Positions 57,114-64,000 of a stretch of 64,000 nt of DNA are shown here, one piece after another. The translations under genes and the position numbers were made by a program. The stretch is from Bacteroidales bacterium (GTDB lineage Bacteria; Bacteroidota; Bacteroidia; Bacteroidales; FEN-979). How positions within the stretch are numbered: the stretch's first letter is position 1; the number at the start of each line of letters is the position of its first letter. Location: NCBI GenBank assembly GCA_023231005.1, contig JALNWG010000018.1, positions 2,549 to 66,548 on the forward strand, read 5' to 3'. The notes below the pieces were generated by a model that was not told where the DNA came from, ran no database searches, and saw nothing but the letters and a program-made list of their open reading frames with translations.

Positions 57114-58082
57114 CTACTTCCTCCTGCGGAAACGCCAGGTTTTTAAGTTAGAAAGCTTTTGAATGTAAGTTGTCAAATGACGTTCCTTTTTCCGTGGATA
57201 GATATCTTCGATGTGAATTAATATCCCGGTTTCCTCTACATCCCCAAATTCATGATTGATTGCCGTACCAAACGTCCGCATCGTAGGCGATAGGTTCATA
57301 TATGCATTTACCAGCGGCGGAACATGTTCATTGTGCTTCCGGACTTCATGGATGAGAATCTTATAATTTTCCTCATAGGTCCGCTCAGAAAAGAAACCAG
57401 TGAGCGAAATATCCGGACTATCAATGTTCAGTCCATCCTTAGGAAGCATCAGCGTTTCCGTATCGGGGAAATATTTTCGTAAAAAACATAAAACCAAATC
57501 GCGCGCTTCCCGGTTATATTCGGGATACATCGTCATCTTCCCAAAGAAATATTTAACATCCGGAATCTCAATGATCATGGCCCCCAACCCATCCCACAAA
57601 TTGTCTAAGGAATACATCCCCTTGCGAAAATTTATTGTTGGCTGATAATTGGGCTGAACAAACGACCGGCCCAATTCAATACTAATCGGGAGATAATCGC
57701 GGATAAACTTGTTGGAAAAATCAAACAATTCAGCAGTAGCGCTGTGTACACACCCATTTTGTGTACACACAATATCGCGCCCATGAATAAACCGATACCC
57801 CCCTGTGATCTCCTTCTCTATAGGGTTCCATACAATCAACTGATGAAAAGGCACCTCCATGGTGTCATATTCATCAATGTCGACCGATTTTCCGGTACCA
57901 CCACCGGCATCGCGAAATGTAATTTCCCGCAACCGACCAACTTCACGCATCAAATTGGGGGATTCATGTGCTGTAAAAACGAAGATCTTGTTGTGACCAT
58001 TATTGGTGTTGCGCAGAAACTTACTGTCGGTCAGCTCAGCTTCAACTAACAAAGGGTCAACCGGGGAAATGATCTCTTCCAT
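57114..58082 (-). CDS. GNAT-fold N-acyltransferase (OlsB/GlsB-like, N-acyl amino acid lipid synthesis)
   Basis: 322 aa. ..FVFTAHESPNLMREVGRLREITFRDAGGGTGKSVDIDEYD..HQLIVWNPIEKEITGGYRFI.. matches my memory of hemolysin-like/OlsB-type acyltransferases. It is paired with an acyltransferase gene on the opposite strand. Confidence 0.5.
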   Translation of the reverse strand: MEEIISPVDPLLVEAELTDSKFLRNTNNGHNKIFVFTAHESPNLMREVGRLREITFRDAGGGTGKSVDIDEYDTMEVPFHQLIVWNPIEKEITGGYRFIHGRDIVCTQNGCVHSATAELFDFSNKFIRDYLPISIELGRSFVQPNYQPTINFRKGMYSLDNLWDGLGAMIIEIPDVKYFFGKMTMYPEYNREARDLVLCFLRKYFPDTETLMLPKDGLNIDSPDISLTGFFSERTYEENYKILIHEVRKHNEHVPPLVNAYMNLSPTMRTFGTAINHEFGDVEETGILIHIEDIYPRKKERHLTTYIQKLSNLKTWRFRRRK

Positions 58083-58256
58083 ACAACTTAAAGTAACGAA
58101 TGACGAATAATATTTAAGATAACATCATACAAAGATATGCCCTTTCAATTTTTAATTAATAAATTTTTCAATATTAATTCTTAGCCAACGCTCCATTTCA
58201 CATTCCTCAATTTTAGCTAAGTTCTTTTCCTCATTCTAAATTCATATTTTTGCAGG

Positions 58257-59120
58257 ATGAATATTCCGGTTGGCAGTGAAATTCCCGAGCGATTGATCGA
58301 TATTGAAGCGCTTTTTGCTTCGAAAAACCCAAAATTACTCAAATTTATTCCACGGTTTGTCCTCTCCTATTTAAAGCGGATCACACACCAGGAGGAGATC
58401 AATGGGTACATTTACCGGCATCGTGATAAATCCGGTATTCCCTTCGTTGAAGCGATCCTCAAAGAATTTGGAGTGAATGTTGAAATTGTAGATGGGAAAA
58501 CCATCAACGGATCCCTCATTCCTGCAACCGGACGGTACATCATTGCGGCCAATCACCCGTTGGGCGGATTAGATGGGATGGCCCTGATGCAGGCGCTCGG
58601 AAGATTCCGGAACGACCTGGTTTTTCCAGTCAATGACCTCCTGATGTATATCCCCGAATTACAACCGCTCTTTATTCCCATCAACAAACACGGACGGAAT
58701 ACCGAAAATGCCCGCCGTATCGACGAAACCTTTGCCTCCGACAAAACCATCCTTTACTTCCCGGCAGGACTGTGCTCCAGAAAAGTGAAGAATACCATCA
58801 TCCGCGACCTTGAATGGAAAACCACCTTCATCAAAAAAGCTATAAAATATCAGCGGGATATTATTCCGGTTTATATCGGCGGACGGAATTCCGATTGGTT
58901 TTATAATCTTTCAAACTGGCGGAAACGCTTTGGAATCAAAGCAAATATCGAGATGCTTTTCCTGGTCGATGAAATGGTTAAACAACTGGATAAAACCATC
59001 ACCCTCGTAGTAGGCGATCCCATCCATTATGCAACCTTCGATAAATCCAAAACCCAAGCCGAATGGGCAGAATGGACTAAAATGCAGGTATATAAACTGG
59101 AATCAAAAAATCATTCCTAA
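58257..59120 (+). CDS. Lysophospholipid/PlsC-family O-acyltransferase (GlsA/OlsA-like)
   Basis: 287 aa with the acyltransferase block IIAANHPLGGLDG, and FPAGLCSR downstream. The stop TAA (59118-59120) lies inside heptamer array F. Confidence 0.55.
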   Translation: MNIPVGSEIPERLIDIEALFASKNPKLLKFIPRFVLSYLKRITHQEEINGYIYRHRDKSGIPFVEAILKEFGVNVEIVDGKTINGSLIPATGRYIIAANHPLGGLDGMALMQALGRFRNDLVFPVNDLLMYIPELQPLFIPINKHGRNTENARRIDETFASDKTILYFPAGLCSRKVKNTIIRDLEWKTTFIKKAIKYQRDIIPVYIGGRNSDWFYNLSNWRKRFGIKANIEMLFLVDEMVKQLDKTITLVVGDPIHYATFDKSKTQAEWAEWTKMQVYKLESKNHS

Positions 59121-59168
59121 CTCCTAACTCCTAACTCCTAATTCCTAACTCCTAATTCCTAATTCCTA
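59113..59168 (+). repeat. Heptamer array F: ATTCCTA (ACTCCTA)x3 ATTCCTA ACTCCTA ATTCCTA ATTCCTA
   Basis: Eight contiguous units fill the whole convergent gap and overlap the stop codons of both flanking ORFs (59118-59120 on + and 59159-59161 on -). The + strand is G-free over 59101-59171. Confidence 0.95.
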
Positions 59169-59506
59169 AATGAATGTAAAGCATTATACGCACCAGGGTC
59201 CAGTGCTATGAAGGCTTCCATCAATTTCAAATGAGTTGAAGGATCGGGGTTAACAAAAACCGCTCCCAACATTTCGCGAAAGCGCAACAATTCTTTTAAA
59301 AGAGTTGTAGCACGACTTCCTTCTATCGTTAAATCAGTCAATTCAAAAGCACGTTCCCACGCATGTTCAGCGTTCTCCAAATTCCCTTTCAACAACGCAT
59401 TTTGAGCCCGGTTCATCTCATTGGCAATCGATAAAATTTGTTGTGACCGGGGATAACCGTTCCATTTTTCGCTTGTCATGTTTTTTTGGTAGATCAGTGG
59501 GTACAT
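59159..59506 (-). CDS. Hypothetical helical protein (115 aa)
   Basis: The ORF is translationally coupled (TAATG) to the upstream 112-aa ORF. I recognise no family, though ..NALLKGNLENAEHAWERAFELTD.. looks TPR/helical-hairpin-like. Confidence 0.45.
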   Translation of the reverse strand: MYPLIYQKNMTSEKWNGYPRSQQILSIANEMNRAQNALLKGNLENAEHAWERAFELTDLTIEGSRATTLLKELLRFREMLGAVFVNPDPSTHLKLMEAFIALDPGAYNALHSFRN

Positions 59507-59844
59507 TATTTTAAAAGCTTTTGTACGATAAAACTGATCTTTTCCCGAATCCTGGTATCCATAATTTCCATGCCTCGATTTTCTTGAGAAGGCCGGATGT
59601 TTATAAACGATGTAAATTCAAGAAATTCATCATTTTCCTTTGATGGATATATATTCGCTCCCCATAAATTCTGCTGCAAGGAACCAGATTCTAAAAGCAT
59701 TTTTTCAAGATCAGCATGCATGTCACCATCAATAGCCAGAATTTCCCGCTCAATATCAACCACGATTTTCATCATCTCCGTGAAATCAACTTCCCGGTTT
59801 TCCCAAACCATTTTTAATAAAGCTGGTTCTGATATGATTTGCAT
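59506..59844 (-). CDS. Hypothetical protein (112 aa)
   Basis: The ORF has coding-like composition. It is possibly a DUF-type family (I vaguely recall DUF5674-like proteins of this size), but this is unverified. Confidence 0.45.
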   Translation of the reverse strand: MQIISEPALLKMVWENREVDFTEMMKIVVDIEREILAIDGDMHADLEKMLLESGSLQQNLWGANIYPSKENDEFLEFTSFINIRPSQENRGMEIMDTRIREKISFIVQKLLK

Positions 59845-60060
59845 TTTCTTTAAATTTTAGCCTGAACACCTCAACACTTGCACCCCTTCCTTGAGGAGAA
59901 GGGGCTGGACGATGAAGTATTTTTAAAATGCAAAGATAGTAATACATTGCAAAGATAGTGACTCGATGAATTACCTTGTATGACCAAAAATAGTACCTTT
60001 GTTTTGGACCTCAAACCCTTCAGCTTATAAAAATCTGGAAGATTTGATCAAAACAGTACC

Positions 60061-60708
60061 ATGGTTATCGAAAACATTGAATTTTTATGCAGCAGTCCGT
60101 CAATACGGGAATGTCCAAAACAGGAGCTCCCGGAGTTTGCATTTATCGGGCGCTCCAATGTCGGTAAATCTTCGCTTATCAATATGTTAGCTGGAAGAAA
60201 GGGGCTTGCTAAGATCTCCAGTACCCCGGGAAAAACCAGATTGATTAACCACTTCAAGATTAGCTCAGCCATCCTTGATCATAAAGAGTTAACAACCAAT
60301 AATTCCATCAATCACAAAGCAACCTGGTTTCTTGTCGATCTTCCGGGATATGGCTTTGCACAGCTTTCCAAGGCACAACGTGAAAAATTCGAAGGGGTGA
60401 TCAAAAATTATCTCGAAAAAAGGGAAAATCTGGCCCTGACTTTTGTGCTGATCGACTCCCGGCTGGAACCTCAACCCATCGATATCAATTTTCTGAACTG
60501 GCTTGGCGATCATGAAATCTCATTTGTGATCCTCTTCACCAAAACCGATAAACTTTCACAAACCCTGCTGGCAGCCAATTTAAACTCTTTTAAGAAAACG
60601 CTCGCCCTTTACTGGGCTGAACTTCCCCTGATCCTGGTTACCTCTTCGAAAACCCGTGCCGGTCGTGAAAATGTACTTGCAGAAATCGAAAAGGTATTAC
60701 ATTATTAA
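60061..60708 (+). CDS. engB: Ribosome biogenesis GTPase YihA/YsxC (EngB)
   Basis: 215 aa with G1 GRSNVGKSSLIN, G3 DLPGYG and G4 TKTDK. It carries an extra ~20 aa between TPGKTRLINHF and WFLVDLPGYG. Confidence 0.9.
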   Translation: MVIENIEFLCSSPSIRECPKQELPEFAFIGRSNVGKSSLINMLAGRKGLAKISSTPGKTRLINHFKISSAILDHKELTTNNSINHKATWFLVDLPGYGFAQLSKAQREKFEGVIKNYLEKRENLALTFVLIDSRLEPQPIDINFLNWLGDHEISFVILFTKTDKLSQTLLAANLNSFKKTLALYWAELPLILVTSSKTRAGRENVLAEIEKVLHY

Positions 60709-61092
60709 CCCTTGTTTCCGCAGAAGTGCCCGGTAAATCTTATAATCGAGCTTGGCCCGCTCAACAAACCGACGATACGTTGCTTCCCTGCCTTCGCGTA
60801 TAAACAAAAGATTTCCGTTGGTTGCTTTAAAGCGTGAAACCGGATCAACCCGGTTTAACAAGGTTACATCACAAAACACATCCGACACAATCTCAACCAG
60901 CACGGGAAAAATATGTTCCAATGCATCACAAGAACCCATTTCCGGTTCCACAAAGACCATTAATTCCGGGAAAATCATTCCCCCTATCTGATCTTCAGGT
61001 TCCATCCCGGTAAGTACAGCAAAATAAATGAAAGGACAAAGGTCTTCCAAGTCAGAAGCCAGTTTTTTAAAATCAATAGTCTTGGATTTCAT
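60697..61092 (-). CDS. Hypothetical protein (131 aa)
   Basis: An ORF downstream of the biotin-carrier gene. Its 3' end overlaps the engB 3' end by 12 nt. I recognise no motif. Confidence 0.4.
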   Translation of the reverse strand: MKSKTIDFKKLASDLEDLCPFIYFAVLTGMEPEDQIGGMIFPELMVFVEPEMGSCDALEHIFPVLVEIVSDVFCDVTLLNRVDPVSRFKATNGNLLFIREGREATYRRFVERAKLDYKIYRALLRKQGLIM

Positions 61093-61145
61093 AATAGCTT
61101 TTTCCTATCATTGACAGGAAAAAACAAAAAAAGGTTGCATCCTAA

Positions 61146-61463
61146 TTATTTCAATTCAACTAAGATATGATGTTTTGGCACTGTTTCTCCCTCCTTAACA
61201 TAAACCTTCTTAACCACTCCGGTTTTATATGCAAGCAAATGATTATCCATCTTCATGGCATGTAATACAACTAAGGTATCGCCTTTTTTTACCTTGGACC
61301 CATCTTTCACAAGGACTTTTATTATCGTTCCGGGAATAAAAGCCATCACCTTTCGCAAATCAGGCGCTTCATACACTTTGCGGTTGGCAAACTTCTTCGT
61401 TAATGTGGTTCGGAACGTGACCTCTTCATAAGGAAAATCGACAAACTGTATATTTTCTTCCAT
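61146..61463 (-). CDS. Small biotin carboxyl carrier protein (biotinyl domain only)
   Basis: 105 aa with IPGTIIKVLVKDGSKVKKGDTLVVLHAMKMDNHLLAYKTGVVKKVYVKEGETV, which includes the AMKM biotinylation motif. Confidence 0.8.
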   Translation of the reverse strand: MEENIQFVDFPYEEVTFRTTLTKKFANRKVYEAPDLRKVMAFIPGTIIKVLVKDGSKVKKGDTLVVLHAMKMDNHLLAYKTGVVKKVYVKEGETVPKHHILVELK

Positions 61464-61513
61464 AAAACAATCAAGTTAAAAAAACCAAAGAAAACATCCC
61501 AAAAATTTAATCT

Positions 61514-61555
61514 GTAATTTGTAATTTGTAATTCCTCATTCCTCATTCCTCATTA
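61514..61555 (+). repeat. Heptamer array G: GTAATTT GTAATTT GTAATTC CTCATTC CTCATTC CTCATTA
   Basis: Six contiguous units lie between the carboxyltransferase stop (overlapping 61553-61555) and the biotin-carrier gene start. This variant has different unit sequences. Confidence 0.9.
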
Positions 61556-63100
61556 AAAAGGCGGTATCCCATGCTTTTTCTTTGGAGAGATTTCCTGTTT
61601 GCTCAGGGCCAGGATGAGTGAATGGATAAGATAATTGCGGGTTTCGTTGGGTTCTATTACAGCATCAACATAACCGTAAGCCGCCGCCACATAAGGGTTG
61701 GCAAACTTCTGCCGGTATTCTTCAATAAGTCGTTTGCGGGTCTCTTCCGGATTATCGCTTGCTTTAATCTCACTACGGAAAATGATGTTGGCCGCGCCTT
61801 CGGGACCCATTACGGCAATTTCAGCCGTGGGCCAGGCAAATACAAAGTCAGCCCTGAGATGGTTTGAACACATGGCAATGTATCCACCGCCATAAGCCTT
61901 GCGTAGGATCACCGTGAGTTTAGGCACACTTGCCTCGCTGTAAGCATATAAAACTTTGGCTCCATGACGGATTACCCCGGCATGTTCCTGATCTACCCCA
62001 GGGAGGTAACCCGGCAGGTCGACCAGCGTAACCAGCGGGATGTTGAAGGCATCGCAATAACGGATAAAGCGGGCAGCTTTGTCGCTCGAGTCGCAATCAA
62101 GTACCCCTGCCAGCACCAGCGGCTGATTGGCAACAAAACCGATGGTTTGTCCGTCAAGACGGCCAAAACCCACCACAATGTTGGCAGCCCACATTTCATG
62201 TACTTCCAAAAAATCGCTGTCATCGGCAATGGCACGGATTACATCACGCACATCGTAGGGTTGCATGGGATTGGTGGGAAAAATGGAGTCGAGTTTATAT
62301 TTGCGCGATTGGGGCGCTTTTTTGGGGAAGATCTCGGCTTTTTTATCATTGTTCCAAGGGATAAAGCTTACCAGGCGTTTGATCTGGTCAAAACACTCCT
62401 GTTCGCTTTCAGCAAAAAAGTGCGCATTCCCGGTAATTTCGGCATGAACACGGGCTCCCCCCAGGTCTTCCATTGAGATTTCTTCCCCCAATACCGTTTT
62501 GATCACTTCAGGACCAGTAATGAACATCTTGGAGATTTTATCCACCACAAAAACGAAGTCGGTAAGCGCAGGCGAATAAACGGCACCACCGGCACAGGGG
62601 CCTAAGATCACAGAAATCTGAGGAATAACGCCGGAAGCCTGAGTGTTACGGTAAAAGATCTCACCATATCCCGCCAGGGAGTTGACCCCTTCCTGGATAC
62701 GGGCACCACCGGAGTCGTTGATACCTATTAATGGTACCTTCATTTTCATGGCATGATCCATGATCTTGGCAATCTTCTTAGCATGCATGAACCCCAGAGA
62801 ACCACCGGCCACGGTAAAGTCCTGAGCAAAAATACAAACAGGCCATGCATTGATGGAACCGGTACCGGTGATAACACCATCACCCGGGAGATATTTTTTA
62901 TCCATGTCGAAATCCTGACCGGCATGTTTCACAAAAAGATCATATTCATGAAAAGAATTAGGATCAAGCAGGGCGAGAATACGCTCGCGGGCAGTCATTT
63001 TTCCCGATGCTTTTTGTTTTTCAAGGGCTTGTTCTCCTCCCCCCATAAAAGCTTCCTGCATCCTCCTTTTCAGTTCAGTAGTCTTTGCTCTCAAACTCAT
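61553..63100 (-). CDS. Acyl-CoA carboxyltransferase (methylmalonyl-CoA carboxyltransferase 12S / decarboxylase alpha / PCC beta family)
   Basis: 515 aa with GKMTARERI, GSINAWPVCIFAQDFTVAGGSLG, DSGGARIQEG, VILGPCAGGAVYSPA and RKAYGGGYIAM. Confidence 0.9.
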   Translation of the reverse strand: MSLRAKTTELKRRMQEAFMGGGEQALEKQKASGKMTARERILALLDPNSFHEYDLFVKHAGQDFDMDKKYLPGDGVITGTGSINAWPVCIFAQDFTVAGGSLGFMHAKKIAKIMDHAMKMKVPLIGINDSGGARIQEGVNSLAGYGEIFYRNTQASGVIPQISVILGPCAGGAVYSPALTDFVFVVDKISKMFITGPEVIKTVLGEEISMEDLGGARVHAEITGNAHFFAESEQECFDQIKRLVSFIPWNNDKKAEIFPKKAPQSRKYKLDSIFPTNPMQPYDVRDVIRAIADDSDFLEVHEMWAANIVVGFGRLDGQTIGFVANQPLVLAGVLDCDSSDKAARFIRYCDAFNIPLVTLVDLPGYLPGVDQEHAGVIRHGAKVLYAYSEASVPKLTVILRKAYGGGYIAMCSNHLRADFVFAWPTAEIAVMGPEGAANIIFRSEIKASDNPEETRKRLIEEYRQKFANPYVAAAYGYVDAVIEPNETRNYLIHSLILALSKQEISPKKKHGIPPF

Positions 63101-63282
63101 ACGTGGAATTTTTACAAAGGGACAAATATACGCGTTAAAAATTTCAATAACAAATCCCGGCTAATTATGGAACAGACCGTATAAAGAATGATGGGCTCGC
63201 ATATAAACCGAAAGTGACAGCTCCCCAAATATTTTTATCTTTGGTCGCGATAATTTTCAAATCCTCAAATCAGGAAAGCAGG

Positions 63283-63789
63283 ATGAAACATCAACGGTTT
63301 TGGTATGCAGTTTATACAAAGAGCAGGCAGGAGAAAGCGTTGATGGAGCGGCTGCTGGAAATCGGAATCGAGGCGTATGTCCCTTTACAAAAGGTAGTCC
63401 GGCAATGGAGCGACCGGAAAAAACTGGTCGAAGTACCCCTGATCCATTCCTATTGTTTTGTCAAAATATTGCCAACCGAATATTTCACTGTTCTGAATAC
63501 CTTCGGGGCAGTCCGTTACATCTGGTTTTCAGGTAAACCGGCACCCATCCCCGACCGTCAGATCGACCTGCTCAAAGTCCTTACCGGTTCAGATGTCCCG
63601 GTAGAATCAATCCCCGCCCACAATCTTCCCCCCGGAACCAAAGTGCGCATCACCGCCGGCCCTCTTATTGGCCTCGAAGGCGAACTGATCCTACATTCCG
63701 GCAAAAGCCGCGTCATCGTCAGAATCGACCACCTTGAGCAGGTACTTTCAGTTTCCATTTCTCCAATGCTGATCGAAAAAATTACCTAA
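63283..63789 (+). CDS. UpxY-family (NusG-like) transcription antiterminator
   Basis: The conserved start MKHQRFWYAVYTKSRQEKA.. is at ATG 63283, not the track start 63214. ..WSDRKKLVEVPLIHSYCFVK (NGN domain) and the KOW-like PGTKVRITAGPLIGLEGELI are present. TAtcTTTG lies at 63236-63243 upstream. Confidence 0.75.
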   Translation: MKHQRFWYAVYTKSRQEKALMERLLEIGIEAYVPLQKVVRQWSDRKKLVEVPLIHSYCFVKILPTEYFTVLNTFGAVRYIWFSGKPAPIPDRQIDLLKVLTGSDVPVESIPAHNLPPGTKVRITAGPLIGLEGELILHSGKSRVIVRIDHLEQVLSVSISPMLIEKIT

Positions 63790-63983
63790 CTCTTTTTTGT
63801 CCCTTCCCGTATTACAAGATGGTTGACTAAGTAGTTTTCAACATCAGTCGCCCGGTAGTAAACAGTTCCGCCAATCTTGCTATAAGGCAGATATCCCTTT
63901 TCACGATACAAGTCGAGGGTCCGTTTTGAAATGTTGAGCATCTTGCAGATGTGCCTGTGGGTAAGCCAACCACCTTTCATCAA
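63786..63983 (-). CDS. Small helix-turn-helix (excisionase/AlpA-like) DNA-binding protein
   Basis: 65 aa. WLTHRHICKMLNISKRTLDLYREKGYLPYSKIGGTVYYRATDVENYL is the typical HTH_17/excisionase-type pattern. It overlaps the UpxY-like stop by 4 nt. Confidence 0.6.
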   Translation of the reverse strand: MMKGGWLTHRHICKMLNISKRTLDLYREKGYLPYSKIGGTVYYRATDVENYLVNHLVIREGTKKS

Positions 63984-64000
63984 TTTTGATATAACTATTT

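Noticed and set aside
59159-59844. Considered whether the coupled small-ORF pair is a toxin-antitoxin system.
   Set aside because: I see no recognisable toxin fold motifs, no HTH, RHH or AbrB-like antitoxin, and no mobile context. I kept it only as a low-interest unknown pair.
61964-62476. 170-aa + strand ORF inside the carboxyltransferase gene. The same applies to 26215-26673, 12903-13328, 38885-39319 and 44309-44743.
   Set aside because: These are antisense shadow ORFs within strongly supported genes, and none shows recognisable motifs.

Overview
This is a 64-kb chromosomal segment from a Bacteroidota genome, probably an anaerobic member of the Bacteroidia. The evidence is T9SS/gliding genes, PFOR, a tungsten-type AOR, TTTG-N19-21-TAnnTTTG promoters and several TTG starts with no obvious SD. 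I call about 52 protein genes and 2 tRNAs. I see no rRNA, CRISPR, transposase, integrase or recognisable defence genes.

Layout:
- (i) 1-19 kb, type IX secretion/gliding neighbourhood: LruC-domain lipoprotein, T9SS plug-like (DUF5103) protein, the rpsF-rpsR-rplI operon, ispF, porV, two tandem PorU-type C25 peptidases, PorP/SprF and gldJ.
- (ii) 19-23 kb, housekeeping: murF, anmK, folC.
- (iii) 23-40 kb, tungsten/molybdenum island: a ThiS/ThiF-like pair, a biotin-domain-less carboxyltransferase and an AOR-family oxidoreductase. These are followed by wtpA, then [lipoprotein, T9SS-CTD protein, TonB-dependent receptor, periplasmic protein], then wtpB, wtpC, moeA, moaA, moaC and a MOSC-MogA fusion.
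- (iv) 40-64 kb, mostly housekeeping: tRNA-Leu, tRNA-Gly, mutS, folK, a deoxynucleoside kinase, sppA, PFOR, mutS2, rpsT, N-acyl-amino-acid lipid genes, engB, an acyl-CoA carboxyltransferase with a biotin carrier, and a UpxY-like antiterminator.

Most interesting observations:
- (a) An outer-membrane TonB-dependent receptor module sits inside the tungstate/molybdate ABC operon. It is a candidate whole-envelope W/Mo acquisition system.
- (b) A dispersed family of G-free heptanucleotide tandem arrays (AATTCYT / AATTTTT / AACTCCT) fills at least seven intergenic gaps between 38 and 62 kb. One in-frame coding copy forms a perfect 39-bp palindrome.
- (c) Two tandem PorU paralogs both keep the catalytic motifs.

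All functional calls come from motif and family recognition by eye. No database search was run.
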